Shown here in pieces: positions 26,662-40,978 of a stretch of 64,000 nt of DNA. Source of the DNA: Phaeosaccion multiseriatum (taxonomy: Eukaryota; Protista; Ochrophyta, other classes); NCBI GenBank assembly GCA_965112735.1, contig OZ218952.1, positions 496,001-560,000 on the forward strand, read 5' to 3'. Position 1 is the first letter of the stretch. Each line of letters starts with the position of its first letter. The notes under the pieces are model-generated. The model made no database searches and was not told the DNA's origin. It worked only from the letters and a program-made list of their open reading frames with translations. Both the position numbers and the translations under genes were made by a program.

Positions 26662-29346
26662 CTATGCCTTGGCGGCCTTGACGTGCGCTGGTGTGGCAAT
26701 GCCGAGCTTCACCAAGTGCTCCATGTACTGCTTGTTGTTCCTGGGGACGGAAGAGAGAGAGAGAAGTGGAGGAGGAGGAGGAGGAGGAGGAGGAGGAGGA
26801 GGAGGAGGAGGAGGAGGAGGAGAAAGGGAAATGAAGGTCAGAAGAGGCTTCAGACGTCTTGTGCGCGTGAAGGGGGGTTCAGAGGGGGTTGTATGCCAAT
26901 CCAGGGATCCGACGCAAAATGCGAGTGAAAAAATAACACAAAAGCACACACACATACATACATCCACGCTCATCCCCTCTCCGGGTGTCCCAATGGGATG
27001 GTTGGTTGGTTGGTTGGTTGACAGAACGACAACCCCACCACTCAACCCACACACGCCTCACCCATGTACCCACATGCACTCCCTCCCTCACCCCTCACCC
27101 CTCACCCTCACCCTCACGACTCACATTGCGTGGTTCTTGGCGGCGTCCTTCATGCCCGCCTCGCACAGCTTCATGATCTGTTGGTTGTTCATGGCATAGT
27201 GTGAGGGAGGGAGGGGGTGAGAGATGGGACGAGCAGCAGGTAAAGCACAAGAAAGGACGGCAAAGAAGACATGACATGGTTCGAATCTCTGCCTCTCTCT
27301 CCTCTTGCTTGCTCCCTCTCTCCTCTTGCTCTCTCCCTCTCTCTCTTCCCCTCTCCCCTCCATCCTCCTCACTCCCCCCTTCGTCCCTCCCTTCCATCTC
27401 GTCTCTCTCCCTCCCTTTCTCTAAACAACCCACCTGGTTCTTGGTCTTGCCCCCAGCCAACACAGAGATGGCGTCGTCCATAATGGCCGCTCGGGTGTCC
27501 TTCTTGTCGAGGGAGAGGTTGAAGTAGTCGCTGGCCTTGCCCACCTGGTCTGCCTGCAGTTCGCGGAACGTGGAGTACACCTTCAGGAGGAGTGACGAGG
27601 GATAGGCGGCGGAGGGAGGGAGGGAGGGATGGGGTAGGCGGGAGAGTGGATGAGTGAGTCAGTCAGTGGGTGGGCAGGCAGGTGCGTGAATGGGCGGTAA
27701 GACGAAAGAGCTCCAGCGCCCGAAGCAGCAGCAGCAGCAGTTGGTGATATATCAGCAGTAGGTAGCAGCAGATGGTGATGATGGTGATCCAGCAGCCCCA
27801 CCACCTCCTCTAACCTTCATCTTCTCCATAGTGAGTGTGCGGCTCATGTCGTCGTAGTGAGCCCGCAGCTCCTTGGCGCACTTAATCTTATGCTCCATCA
27901 CAGCCACGTCCACGCGCCACTTCTCCTCTAGGTCCGCCAGCTTCTCGGCCTCCGTCTGCGCCTCGAATTTCTGTAACGGGAATTGTAGGGTGTAGAGTGT
28001 ACAAGTTTTCTGCGTTAACAAACATTTCATTGCGTTACCTTCCGTCATTCGTTTGCTGTTCCTTTGGAGCAAGCGCAGATATTCGATATCCACTCCATTT
28101 TTGGTATTCAATTTTTGAAAAACTGAAAAGTGGTTTCCATCCCCTCCCCCCCCCGCTGCGCGACTCACAGGACCCACTCCACTCAAAAAATCCCCAACTC
28201 CCCCACTCCCTCGCGCTCACGAACTACCCCCCTCCTTCGCTGACTTACACACAATACGTACACGCGTAATAACATATAACGATACACAACACTAACCTTT
28301 GCGTCGTCCATATGCTTTTCGATGGCCGCCTCCTCGGAGGCGTTGAACTCCTTCAGCATGGCCTCTCTCTTGTCCGCAAAGTACTGTGCCACGCCCTTGG
28401 ACGTGTTGTGGTAAGCAAGCCCCACGAACATGGCAAAGCAACACGCCAGCTGCGCCTCCTCGTCGATTTTGAAGATCTGTCAAGCAGGCGTATGGGTAGG
28501 CAGGGAGACAGGCAGGGAGAGGGTGAGAGAGCGAGGGGGTGAGGGAGAGGGTGAGTAGGGTGCATTCAGGTTGCAAGAGAGGACAAGTTGTCGGAGGAAA
28601 GGCAAAGAAAGTGGGCTGGAAGAGGAGCTAGTGACCCCAACCGCCCCCTGTGACAAAAAACTGAGCGAAGCAAGCACGGGGGGGGCGCCGCAGAGCTCCG
28701 TTGCTTTGAACAAGCCACAAATGCAGCCAGAAGGAGAAGTCTCCAGTACTTCCCACATCCCCTCCCTCTTAGGCAGTCATGCACTAACACTGCAGTGGTT
28801 GGTGATCTACTTCGTGCTGGTCCTTGATTCTCTGTTGGCGCTCACGAGCCAAACTGATCCTCCCCAACCCCCTACTTCCCCTACTGCTGAGACTCTTCCT
28901 GCTTCCCCTGCTGCTGACCCACCCAACCCCCCTTGCTTTCTTCCCCTGCTGCCCTCACGCACCGGTAGGGTGATGGCAGGTATGGCGAGCACGACACTCG
29001 CGGGCAGGTAGAACTTCCACGTGTCGAGGTTCTTCTTCCTGAGGTAGTTGAAGGGGCCGGGGATGCTTTCCCAGGCCGCCTTGTCCGCCTCAATTTCTTT
29101 GAGCTCCTCTGCGTTGTACAGGCGGAACAGCTGCTTCTCTTCATCGGTCAAGCCTGCCGTGGGGGGGGCGTCCGCCTCCGGGGAAGCTGGGTTTGCCGCA
29201 TCCTGTGCGGAGGAAGAAAGGGCCCTGCAAAAGGCCGAAGGAGTTGCAGCTGCGCTGCGCGTGGAGGGGAGTGCTCGCTGCAGCACCTGCTTCCCTGAGC
29301 CCCTCACCGCCGCCCTGCCGGCCGTCGAGACAAGCCGTCCGAGCAT
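26662..29346 (-). CDS. Probable mitochondrial ATP synthase peripheral-stalk subunit b (ATP4-like); 6 exons
   Basis: Arg/Ser/Ala-rich mitochondrial-type presequence, two short hydrophobic segments around IFKIDEEAQLACCFAMFVG, then a long charged helical region; GT-AG splicing is frame-consistent to stop 26662. Confidence 0.65.
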
Positions 29347-30054
29347 TGTGTCTGTTTCTGTGTGCATTGGGTTTGAGGCGGCGCGGGATTGGGAGAGGGA
29401 GGGGGGGGGGGGCAATTTGGGGAAGGCAAGCACAAAGCACAAGGAGCGAGGTTAATATTCATCAGCAGGGCGTCTCTTGCGTCGTGTATTGTTGTAGTGT
29501 TGTTCGTGTACGCCCTTCCTTCCTCGTCACGTGCGCTATACACCCCGTTACTAAGTCAGCTCTGCAATGAAAGATGCCAATCCCAGCCCGCAACAGCGAC
29601 AGGGTCACGGGTAGAGAGGCCCTGGGCCACCGACAAGCAAGACAGCCTCGTGAAACACGCCGTATGGCGAACAACACAGGCATGCGACATCACAAGTTAT
29701 TGCCCGGGGTGTCCTGCCGTGCAAAGCAGCATCAAGGAATGCACCCCCCAACCGTTCACGCCCCACACAGCAGTTGCAACGCCTCCCCCATAAGCTGCAC
29801 AGCCCTCTTCTCCCCCTCGCTCACCTCCTCAGCAATTCTTCTCGCTGCTCCTTTTCAGGGGGCCCACGGGGGGCGCAGATTTAGAGGCATATCGACTTCC
29901 CCAAGGGGGCGCAGGCCCAGCCCCATGCAAGACTGGACGTCATCGACCTCCGAAAATCTACGTTCATTCAAGTCCCCTGGCTAAGCCTCTATAGCTTTGC
30001 CTCCCCCAGCCAAAGTCCCTTCTCCGCTCTTCTCAATCCAACCTCCTCGCAATC

Positions 30055-31713
30055 ATGGTGAAGTTTGTGCAAGTTGCCGCTTTGGTGGCGTGCGTCGCGG
30101 GCGGTGCCCAGGCTTTCGTCACGCCCACCCTCACCACAAAGGTCCCCATGGCCAAGCCTCAGCAGCAGCAGCAGCAGCAGCAGCAGGCCAGGCGAAGCGT
30201 GACCACCATGTCTTCTACCTTCGAGAACGCCACTGGCGAGTTCACGGCCGCATACAAGCCCTTCGCGGCGTCTGGATGGGGACCCTCCGTCAAGGCTGAG
30301 CGATGGAACGGAAGGTACGTTCGAGCAGGCCCCAGAGCAGAGAACATGGAAAGGAGAGGCGAAGCAGCAGCGAGCTACAAAGGAGGGCAGGAGACGATGA
30401 GAGCGAGGAACGAGAGAGGGAGGAGAGACTCTGAAGTTCCGCAATCCAGCCCAGGGGACCGGAGGAGAAAAGACCACAGTCGTCAGTGAGAGAGCAAATT
30501 CAGCATTTGGCCGGATACCGTGTGCGTACGGGCTGTTGCGCCGCCGTGTTCTGAGTCATTCAGTGACTGGTGTCTCTCTCTCTGTAGCGGGGGCTGGCTT
30601 TGCGCGTTCGAAGGCGCAGTCTCGGATTTGAGGAAAGAACACAGCGAGGAACAGGAGAGGAGTGGTTCGTCGCTCTCCCACTCAGAGCCCCCTCTAACTT
30701 TCATCTCTCTCCTCTCCCTGCTGCTGCCTCCCTTGCACTCGTTGAAAACAACTTGTTCTTTTCCTTTTACCTTCGATGGCGATCACACCGTGGCTGGACG
30801 GCGTAAACGCTGGATTGGTGTGGCAATCTATCGGTCGGGGTTTGTGTGTGTGTGCTCTTGCGGGGCATTACGTCCTTCTTGTCATTAATCAAAAGGCACG
30901 CCATGTTCGGCTGGGTGATGATCATCGGCAGCGCCTACGCCAAGGCGCACGGCCTCATCCCCGACGCCGAGACCGCCCTTAGCTTCAAGGACTGGGGAAC
31001 CCTGGCCATCCTTAATGGACCGGATAACATGATTACCAACGAGCGAGCGGTCATTATGATTGCGCACGTACACGCCCTTATGGTGTCGGTGTGCGCCACC
31101 ATCGCACCCCTGTCCTTCCAGGACAAGCTGCTGCTGGAGAAGGGAGAGAAGGACGAGCCCATGCAGGGCCTCATCCCCAAGTTCGTGCCCGGAATCACCC
31201 CCGAGGCGGAGATGTTCAACGGACGAATGGCCATGCTGTAAGTTGTGTATGTTTCGAGCGTATCGAAACATGTGGGTGTGTGTGTGTGTGTGCGTGCGTC
31301 TGTGTTTGTTTGTGCGTGCGTGCCTACGGGCCTGGTGTCGGTGTCTTGTCTCTACGCGCACGCGCACAGTGTATCTGTGTGATGACAAGGGGACGACTGG
31401 CTGGCTGACCGGTCCCGATTGATCTGAAGCGCTTTGCCCGTCAAATGGAATGGCCTGTGGGCGGGGCGTGGGGGGTAGGTGGGTGAATGCATGCAAGGAG
31501 CCCTCTGTGTGTCGTCTTCCTTTACCGCTCGGTTCGCGTAGCTGCATCTTTGACCCCGACCCTGACCTCTCTCTCTCTGCTTCCCTCTCCCTCTCCCCCT
31601 CTCTCTCTTTCGCTTCTCACAGCGGACTCGTCGCGTTCTCTGTGCACTGCCTGTCCACCGGAACCCCTTTCCTTGAGGCCGTCAACACCAGCCTGGGAGG
31701 CCTCCTCATGTAG
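30055..31713 (+). CDS. RedCAP: RedCAP (red-lineage chlorophyll a/b-binding-like protein); exons 30055-30314, 30896-31237, 31623-31713
   Basis: Signal peptide with AQA|F cleavage motif; GWGPSVKAERWNGRHAMFGW, AYAKAHGLIP, WGTLA..ITNERA, EAEMFNGRMAMLG. Confidence 0.9.
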
Positions 31714-32138
31714 AGGATTTATGTCCACTCACTTGGATCACAACCCTCTTTAGTGTAGCTTCTACCTTAGCTTCCACCACGCACCCGGAACACACCGGTC
31801 AACACCCCCAACACCACAACCACAATCACACGACATATACTCGGTAGCCTACTTCTACTACTACTACTACTACTGCTCCCCCCCCTATGAACAAATGATA
31901 GAGAAATACCACCACCCTCCCGGAAGATGTTTCGGAGGGCTCGGAAGGCCGGCGAGGATAGGAGACAGGAAACGACAAAAACCAACGGAGGGAGAGAGAG
32001 AGAGTGGGACAGACAGAGCCTTGGTGCTGAATGTGCTTGGTAGAGACGTCTCTGGTCTTTGACATGTTAATAATCTCGTTTCTCCCCGCTCTTTTGTTAT
32101 TTTATACCCTCACTCACCGAAAGCTTGAGGATTTAAAA

Positions 32139-32485
32139 CACTAATAAGATTATTTTTTATATATAGGGTGAAATGACGATTACTTTGACGACGTTTGACG
32201 ACGCTTGAGCCCCCTTTTTTGACGTTCTTTGACGCCCTTTGACGCCCTTTTTCTTCACTCGCCTTATTAATTTAAAAATTGATTTTTTTTTACGTGATTT
32301 TTGAAAGACGAAATTAAGGCGAATGAAGATAAAAGGGCGTCAAAGGGCATCAAAGTGCGTCAAACAGGGCTTTAAAGAGGGTAAAAAAGGGGTTCAAAAG
32401 TCGTCAAACGTCGTCAAAGTAATCGTCATTATTTGGCGTCAAAAAAACTTCACGGGGCGTCAAAATGGATTCATCGCTTTTAGTG
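32139..32485. mobile_element. Small AT-rich foldback/MITE-like element with TTTGACG subrepeats
   Basis: AATGACGATTACTTTGACGACGTTTGACGAC (32172) mirrored at 32400-32430; CACTA at 32139 and TAGTG at 32481-32485; no matching TSD, so ends are uncertain. Confidence 0.6.
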
Positions 32486-34937
32486 TAGGGAGCTCGAGGA
32501 CATTTCGGTCTCCGCGTGCACTCCCAGCATGAGCTGCTCTTGCGTAAGCGCGAGGAGCTGTGCCTGCCCCATCTTTGTAACTGCCTCCTCCCAGGCCTTC
32601 ACAAACGGCCCATACACCTCCTTGCCGTCTGCGCCGTTGAAGTGCAACACCGCAGGGGCCAGCTGGGTGTGCGGCTGCGTGAATTGCGGTCCTCGCTCCG
32701 CACCCCGTCCTGCTGCTGCAGCTGCTGCTGCTGCTGTTGGCAGGGCACGCCCCACAAAGGAGTACGCCACCGAGCGCATGCCGTGGAAAGTCATGAACGT
32801 ATCTCCGATGGCGTCGATGGCAACGGACACCCCTCCTCCTCCTCCTCCTCCTGCTGCTGCTGCTGCTGCTGCTGCTTCTGCTGCCGCTGTACCACCAGCT
32901 GTCGCAGCTGCTCCTGCCAGAGCGACACGAGTGAGGGCCCGCTGGTCATCCCCGCAGGTGGTCACCGGCCCATGCGCGTCCATCGCGTCATACATGCCCA
33001 GCAGAGTGACCGCTCTGCCCAACAGCACCCCGCTATTGACATAGGGCTGCACCTGCTGCTCTTCCACTGCCACTGCGATCGCCGCCGCTCGAGCTCTGGC
33101 CGCTGCCTCTCCCGGATACAAGGGAGCAATTCCTTCGTCCGGCCAGCAGCGTCTCTCCCCGGCTGTGAGCACCACCCCCACCGCTGCTGCTGCTGTATCA
33201 CTAACTGCTGCTGCTGTTGCTTTGCGCTGCTCCAGCTGCTCCGCCTCGAGGGCCTCCAAGCGTGCGACCAGGTCAGCGGCATTGGGAAACACAAGAGTGT
33301 CGTACGCATCCAGCAGCAAGACCACCTGATCGGGATGGCCGCTACCGCTGCTACCGCTACTGCTGTTGCTGCTGCTGCTGCTACTACTACTACTACTACT
33401 CCCCTTGCCCTCTTTCCCATGCACCACGTCCTCCACGAAGGCTCTGTAGAGGCGCTGCTTCACCCCATGGTCAGTGTACGTCAGCCCCAGTCCCAGGACA
33501 TGCACGGCCGATGCTTCTACATGGGACGCCCGGAGGGACCGTAACAGGTTCAGCAATTGCTCATTCACCTCCGTCGCCACAGTCGCAACGAGCAATCGTG
33601 GTGGTGGTGCGTTTGCCCCGCTCCTTGCATGTGGTGGTGGTGGTGGTGGTGGTGGCGGTGGTGGTGCACATGCATTCGCTCGGCTCGCATCCCCACCTGT
33701 TGTTGCGCCACACGCTGTGTACCTCGCTGCTGGCGGAGTGGAGAGGACGGAGCGGTAGAGGGAGGTGACTGCCTCACTCTCAACCGGAACCTTCTCTACA
33801 TGCACCAGGAAGCTGGCGAGGGCGTACTGACTCAGCACTCGCCAGTCGTGCCCAAAGACGCTTTCTTCATGCTCCACCAGCCGTTGGTCGTCCGCCACGC
33901 CGGCCATCTGTTGGAGGGCGGCCAAGACCTGCGGACGGCCTTTGGGGTCCATGGTCGTAATGGGCGCCGTGGGGCCGAGGAAGAGAAGAGAGAAGCGAGA
34001 GAACGGCTCGCAGGTAAAGCCCCCCCCCCGGTCCTTCTCCTCGTCCTCCTGCCTGCGCCCCGCCGCCGCTTCGGCCAACGATGACGATGAAGGGGCCGTC
34101 ATGGAGAGAGCACTCTCTCTCCAGCGCTCTATTGTCTGCGTCACTATCGAACCCGACAGTTGGAAGCCCCCGGGGGGTGGTGTTTGCACTGTCTCACCAT
34201 CTGTTGTTGTTGCTGCTGCTGCTGCTGCTGCTTTTGCTGCGGTCCCCTCTTCATTGTCGCCGCTGCCCTGTCCCTTCCTTCCTCCTCCTTTGTCTCCAGA
34301 GCCAGAGCCAGAGCCCGCCGCCACTTGTTGGAGCCCCCAGGGCAGAAGATGGTACTTGATGCCCACCGCCGCCCCCTCCTTTCCATTGCTACTACTTTTG
34401 CCACCACCACTACTAGCAGCCTTCGATCTGGCCACGACGAGGTTCCTCTCTGTCAGGTCCACACTCCCGACGCAGTTGATGGAGAGGATGGCAGGCACTA
34501 CTGCGGTGGTCCCATCGAGTCGCCGCAACTGCACGTCGAGAACATGGCAGGTGTCTTCTTCTTCTTCATCATCTCCGTCTGCCGCAGTCTCTGCAGCCCT
34601 CCTATTGGTGTATTCTACTGTCCCCACTTTCGTTGCCCAGAGGAGGGCCATATCAACAACATCATCGTCACCTCGCCTGGCATCACTACCCCTACCACTA
34701 CCATCACCACCAGGACACGTGTCTTCCCCACTGCTACCTGCGTCCTCTGCACACCTGCTGCGCATGTCAAAGGGGGAAGGAAGCCGTCGTGGTCTCCAGG
34801 GAGGGAGGACAGCGAGCACATGCGTGGCGTTGGGGAACTTGAACGTCACCTCCCTCATCATCTCAGTCTGGGCCTTGGCCAGACTCGCAGCGCTGTGAGT
34901 CCGATCCCACTCCGCAGCCAGGGTCGCCGCTGCCATT

Positions 34938-34973
<36 letters not shown>

Positions 34974-35603
34974 CCCAGTTGCTCGATGTGCTGGTACAGG
35001 ACCCATCGATTGCGAGGGCCGATGCCGTTGTGGTCCATGGCTCTGAAGACCGCCGAGTGCAGCTCCACAGAGGAGTCCGACTCGTCGATGCCCACAGCCA
35101 CGCAGTTCACACCGGCCACGCGCTTCCACTCTTGGAGCGTCTCGAGGAGGTCTTCCGCATCCGCGAGATGCCGCACCGTTACGGCCATGCACAAGCGTAC
35201 TGATGACACAAGAGTAGAGGGGCGGGGTGAGGGTTGAGTACATATCTGGGTAGGGGTTGAGCGTTCTGGGCTTACTTGAGGCAGCTTCATCGCAGTAGCC
35301 GTTCGGTCGCTGCGCAGTGCTGGCAGCTGCTTCTGCAGCTCCGGCCACAGGAAGGCCCTGCCATGCCATCACGAGCCAGGGGAGCAACGGTAGTAGCAGC
35401 GCGCATCTTCGTCTTCGGCGTCTCCGCTGCTCTACTCCTGCACTTGCTGCTTCCCACGATGCTGCTTCCTTTCCTCCTCCACTCCGGCCTCTCTTGCATC
35501 TTCTTGCTCTCTCCATATCCGTCTCCTCGCTCTCGCTCCCAATGAGGCCAGTTGCCTTCAATATCAACAGTTTTGCCTCCACGCACGGCCGTTCGATCAG
35601 CAT
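32480..35603 (-). CDS. Membrane/secreted protein with C-terminal PLOD-type (procollagen lysyl hydroxylase N-terminal-like) glycosyltransferase domain; intron ~35277-35209; start 35603 or 35516
   Basis: LLVATVAT, VHVLGLG, VVLLLDAYD (DxxD), AGERRCWP, YVNSGVLLG, DDQ, PAVLHFNG; N-terminal hydrophobic segment. Confidence 0.75.
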
Positions 35604-35935
35604 TCAGGATGGCAGTAGCCCGTGTCCAACATCCTGGGGTTCCTTGCGTCTCCTTGCTCGCTGTGCTGCTGCTTTTCCTCATTCTTCGCCCTTAAAGCTG
35701 TTGGGATCACCCCTCACTTACGTAATGTTTACGAAAAGTTACGCTGAATTGGGATTGCTTGAGGCAGCGTCTTCCCATAGGAACTATAGGACAAGAGAGG
35801 AACAAGTGCGCAAGAGACCAGTGCTCTAGGCTAGGGGGCTTCGTCTGAGCAAGGGCGAAGCTCTGAAGGCCCTCGGAATCCCGCTACACCGCAGCAGAGG
35901 AGGGCTGGAAAGAGTGGGATACAAATATAGCAAAA

Positions 35936-38900
35936 ATGTCGAGGGACAACAATGGCAGAGGAGGTGGACGGGATCGAGACAGCAGGGACGGAAGAGACAG
36001 CAGGGATCGGGATCGAAGCAGAGACCGTGACCGGGATCGTGACCGCAGCCGTCATCGTTCCCCGGGAAGAGACAGCGGCGGCAGAGACAGAGACGGGGGA
36101 GGGAAAGGCAGGTCATGGAGAGACAGCGACAAGAGCTCGTCCTATTCCTCGTCCTCCTCCTCCATGTACAAGGGACGCCCCTCCTCTACTGCAGACCGAT
36201 CGGGTGGGGGCGGGGGACACGGCAAGCGGAGCAGGGAGGAGAGGGACCGAGAGAGGGAAAGGGACAGGGACAGAGACGGAGACAGCTATGGCAGCAGTGG
36301 AAGCGCGAGGGGAGGCGGGCGGGGGGGCTCCCGAGAGAGAAGTCCTGCACGCTCGTCCAGAGACGAGAGCAAGAAGGCGAAGAACAGTAGCCACCACTAC
36401 CAGAGGAGAAGTAGCAGCAGCAGCCGCAGGGCCAGTAACGAGGACCAGGATAGAGGGCGGGAGCACAAGCGACATCGCACACAGGAGGACGGGCGCCGGA
36501 GGTCTTCTTCCCACTCGCGCTCTTCCTCGAGAGCTTCTCCCGCCTCCGGGCCCAAAGTGTCGAAGGTCTCGGCGTCTTCCCCACTCAAGCCCGCGGCTTC
36601 CTCAGGCGCAGGAGAGAAAGACAAGCAGCGCGGCGAGCGACCCGCTTCTTCTGCTGCTTCCTCCTCCACCTCCTCCTCCTCCCCAGCCTCTACCTCCGGA
36701 TCCAGGGTCCAAGACGGGGCGAGTGCGGGCGCCTCGGCGCAGTCAGTGTCGCCTTCATCCAAACCGGCATCAACGGATTCGGCGACAGTAGGCAAGGCTG
36801 CCACTCCAATACAAAGGCCAAGTGCAGCAGCAGCAGCAGCAGCAGGAGGAGGAGGAGGAGGAGGAGGAGGAGGAGGAGGAGGAGCAGCAGGAGCAGGAGG
36901 AGCAGCAGCAGCAGCAGCAGCAGCTGTGGCGCGGTCAAGCTCGTCTTCAAGGCCTTCACCAGGGAAAGGTGCCTCGGGAACTGCAGCCACGGAAGCTTCA
37001 CCTGCTGAGTCGCATCAGAGCAAGACCGAAGCTTCCAAGAGCAGCGGCAGCAGTGGGGGTGGTGGTGGTGGTGGTGGTAGCCACAAGGAGGATAAAGCTG
37101 ACAAAGCCAGTCGGAAAGGGGGGGATAAGATGGATAACAAGGGGAAGGACAAGCACCAATCAGCTGACAAGGAGCAGGACAGAGCCAAGTCCAAGGGCAG
37201 CAAAGACAGTGGCGGTGGTAGTGTCAATAACAGCAGCAGCAGCAGCGGCAGCAGCAATAGTGGAGGTGGCGGTGGTGGTGGTGGCGTACCAAACAACAAC
37301 AAGAGCAACAGCAACAAAAACAAGAACAACAACAACCTCAACAACAACCTCAACAACAACAACACCACCATCACCACCAACAACAACAACACCAACACTG
37401 TTGGCGACGACGCGGAGGACGTCCTGCCCCAATTTGAAGCCATGGATATGATTCCCCGCGGAGAGAATACGCTGGAGTGTGACTACTGCCAGAGGGACAT
37501 CTCCTCTGCCTGCCGCATCCGCTGTGCTGTGTGCAAAGAGTTTGATTTGTGTGTGGAGTGCTTCTCCGCGGGAGTCGAAATCAAGGTGAGCACGACCGAG
37601 CGACCGAGCGACCGAGCGAGTGAGGGGCAAGAGGAGAGGGAGGGCAACGGGGAGGAGAGGGGCGGGGGGCATGCGGGCGTAGGAGGGCAGGCAGGCAGTG
37701 CCGGGCAGAGCACGTTGTCGCCTGTTTGTTGGCGGCTTACTGGAGGATTTTCTCCGCGCCCTTCTCGCTTTCTGATCTCTCTCCCGTCTCACCCTCTCCT
37801 CCCTCGTTCCCCTCCCTCCCCCCCCCTCCCCTCCCCTCCCTCCCTCCCTCTCCTCCCTCCCCCCCCCCTCCCTCTCTCTCTCTCTTCACATGCACAGGGG
37901 CACAAGAACTACCATCCTTACCGCGTGGCCGACACTCTCAGTTTCCCCATCTTCACCGAAGACTGGAGCGCCGGAGACGAGCTGCTCCTCATTGAGAGCA
38001 TTGGCAAATACGGCCTGGGCAACTGGGAAGACATTGCTGCCCACTGCAACTTCTCCAAATCGAAGAGCCCCAAGCAGCTCAGAGATCACTTCTTTGAGGT
38101 GTATTATAGTAGGCACGGTTCCGTGCTGCCTCGGGAAACCATCGATGTCACACCCCGTGGGGAGGTGAGAGGCAGAGAGGGCGTGTGTGTGCGTGTGTGG
38201 TTGTGTGTGTGTGCGTGTCTGCATGTGTGTGCGTGTGTGCATGTGCGTGCGTGCGTGTGTGCGTGTGTGGTATCTGTGTGTGAGGAGAGAGCCCTGCTGC
38301 CCCCTGCCCCACCCTCCCCTTCCCTCCTCGTGCCCCCTCCCAACCCGCGGGGTTGTAGCCTACCCTGTGACTGAGCAATCAAACAACCAACACACCAACC
38401 AACCTCCTATACCCACTCAACTCACTACAGGTGGAGCGTCACCCCGTGCCCCCTCAGGGGGTGGGCAAAGCCGCCCCTGGAGGGGAAGACGGAGACAAAG
38501 CCGCCCCCATACTCTCCTCCGAGTGGGCAGTCAAGAGTATGCCGGAACTCAGGGCAGCGGCAGTGGGCCCGGATGGGACTGCGGTGAAGGTGAGGAAGGG
38601 AAGGGAGAGGGGAAAGGGAAAGAGGGGATAAGACGGTAAAGGGTTGTCACCGTCACTAGTGTCACACGCACGCATGCACGCACACACGCACACACGCACG
38701 CACTCATCAAGCCGTGTTAGCTCCCCTGGGACTCTCGTTGCTCTCGCTCACGCCGCTCTCCGCCTACTTCGCTTCGCTTTGCGCTGCTTGCCTCTCACCT
38801 TTGCTTTGCTTGCCTAACCTCGCCTTTCCTGGGCTTGTTGACCTCAGCACGGAGAGGGATCGTTCAGCGACCCCGGAGCCGCCGCCCCGCCAGGTAAGCC

Positions 38901-39529
38901 TTACGTAAGCCTTACGTAGCTTGTGTCACTCGCCGTGTCTGCCCTACAGCCTGTTTTCGCCCTCCCTCCTTCTCTCTCTCTGTCTCTTCGAGGCCGGAAG
39001 GAAGCTAATCGCCTCTCAGCAGCAGCTCCCTCACCCCACCTCTGCTCCCCTCCCCTCCTCCTCCTCCTCCTCCCCCCTCCTCCTCCTCCTCCTCCTCCCT
39101 CCCTCCCTCCCCCCTCCACTCCTCCTCCACCCCTCCCCCTCCTCTGAAGGCATGTCGCACAACGAACTCATTGCGAGCCTCCCTGGAGCGGAGCTGGCGG
39201 GCTACATGCCCCTCAGAGGAGACTTTGATGTGGAACACAACAACGACGCGGAAGCCATACTCGCAGACATGGACTTTAGCCCAGATGACCACCCCTCCGA
39301 GAAGCAGCTGAAGCTCGTAAGTACATTGCCTCCACCCCACCTCACCCCACCCCACCCCACCCCACCCCATCTCTCGAGACTTCTCCTCACTCTCTCTCGC
39401 TTTCTTTCTCTCTCTCCCTACCACCCCTCCGAGAAACACATCTCATGGTCGGAAGTGCAGTGCCTCTGCCCCACCCCACCCCATCCCATCCCACCCCTCG
39501 AGGCTTGGTCGAGCCTTCCTGTCTCTCTG

Positions 39530-39585
<56 letters not shown>

Positions 39586-40946
39586 TCCCTAACCCTTGCC
39601 TACCTCCCTACCTGCCTGCCTGCCTACCTGCCGGCCTGCCTGCTGTCTGGTCTCTCGCGACACAGGACATTATCGCCATTTACAACAGCAAACTCGACGA
39701 ACGAGACAAGCGCAAGCGCTTCGTTAAGGAGCGCGGCCTGCTTGACTATAAGAAGCAGCAGCAGGCAGAGCGACGCCGACCCAAGGAGGAGAGAGAGCTA
39801 GTGGCTCGCATGCGTGTGTTTGCTCGCTTCCACAGCAAGGAGGAGCACGAGGCCTTTGTGGACGGTTTGCTCAAGGCTCGGCGGCTGAGACGCAGGATCG
39901 AACAGCTGCAAACGTACCGCCGAATGGGTCTGCGTACCTTGGCGGAGGGGGAGCAGTATGAGGCAGAGAAGAATCGCAGAGCGGATGCACAGGCAGCGCG
40001 TAAGCATAGGGAGAGTGCTTCGTATCTGTACGAGTCGGCGGGCAAGGCGTCCGGGCCGAGGGAGCGCACAAGTCGTTACCTCAATAGGGACAAAGTGGAC
40101 CCACAGCAGAAGGAGGGGCAGGGGCAAGACGGTCAAGGAGGCGGAGGAGGCGGGGAGGGAGGGGGAGGAGGAGGGGGGGGAGGAGCAGACGGGGGTCACG
40201 GTGGAGGAGAGGGAGGAGGTGGGGAGGGAGGAGGGGGCAGCAGCAGCGGAGTCGGAGGAGGAGGTGGTGACCGGGCACGGGCGAGCGATCGGCCTCCGAT
40301 GAACTTGACCGATGCTCCTGGGGTGGAGCTGTTGACAGCGCGGGAGAAGGAGCTGTGCAGTATCCTGCACCTGCTCCCTAAGTACTACCTTGTTGTCAAG
40401 GTGAGGAAGGGGGAGGAGGAGAGGGAAGGAGGGGGGAGGAGAGAGGAGGAGGGGGAGGAGGAGGAGGAGGAGGAGGAGGAGGAGGAGGAGGAGGAGGAGG
40501 AGGAGGAGGAGGACGCCGGGCGATTGTTGAACAGTTCTGAGGTGCCGCCAATGCTTCTCTCCGTACCCCTAGTAGAATAGAATGCAGCCCAACGGTCTTG
40601 AGGCCGGTGACCAAGCAATTGCTGAGCCCTTTGCCCCCGTCTTAAATCCCACTTTTGCCATTCTCCCCCCCCCCCCCCCCCGTCTCTCTCTCTTTATCTC
40701 GCTCCCGCCCCTTCCTCGCTCCCCTCCCGTCTGGCCCAACTCAAACCTCCAGGACGCATTGATCCGCGAGAGCTTTCGTCAAGGCTACCTGGACAAGTGT
40801 CAAGCACAGCAACTCGTGACCATGTCTATCTCCAAGACGGCTGATGTGTACGACTTTTTCGTGTCGTGCGGGTGGGTCAGTGCCGCCCCAGAGCCGCTCA
40901 ATCCCCCTCCTCTGGCTTCTGCGCACCGACACCACCACCAGCAGCA

Positions 40947-40978
<32 letters not shown>

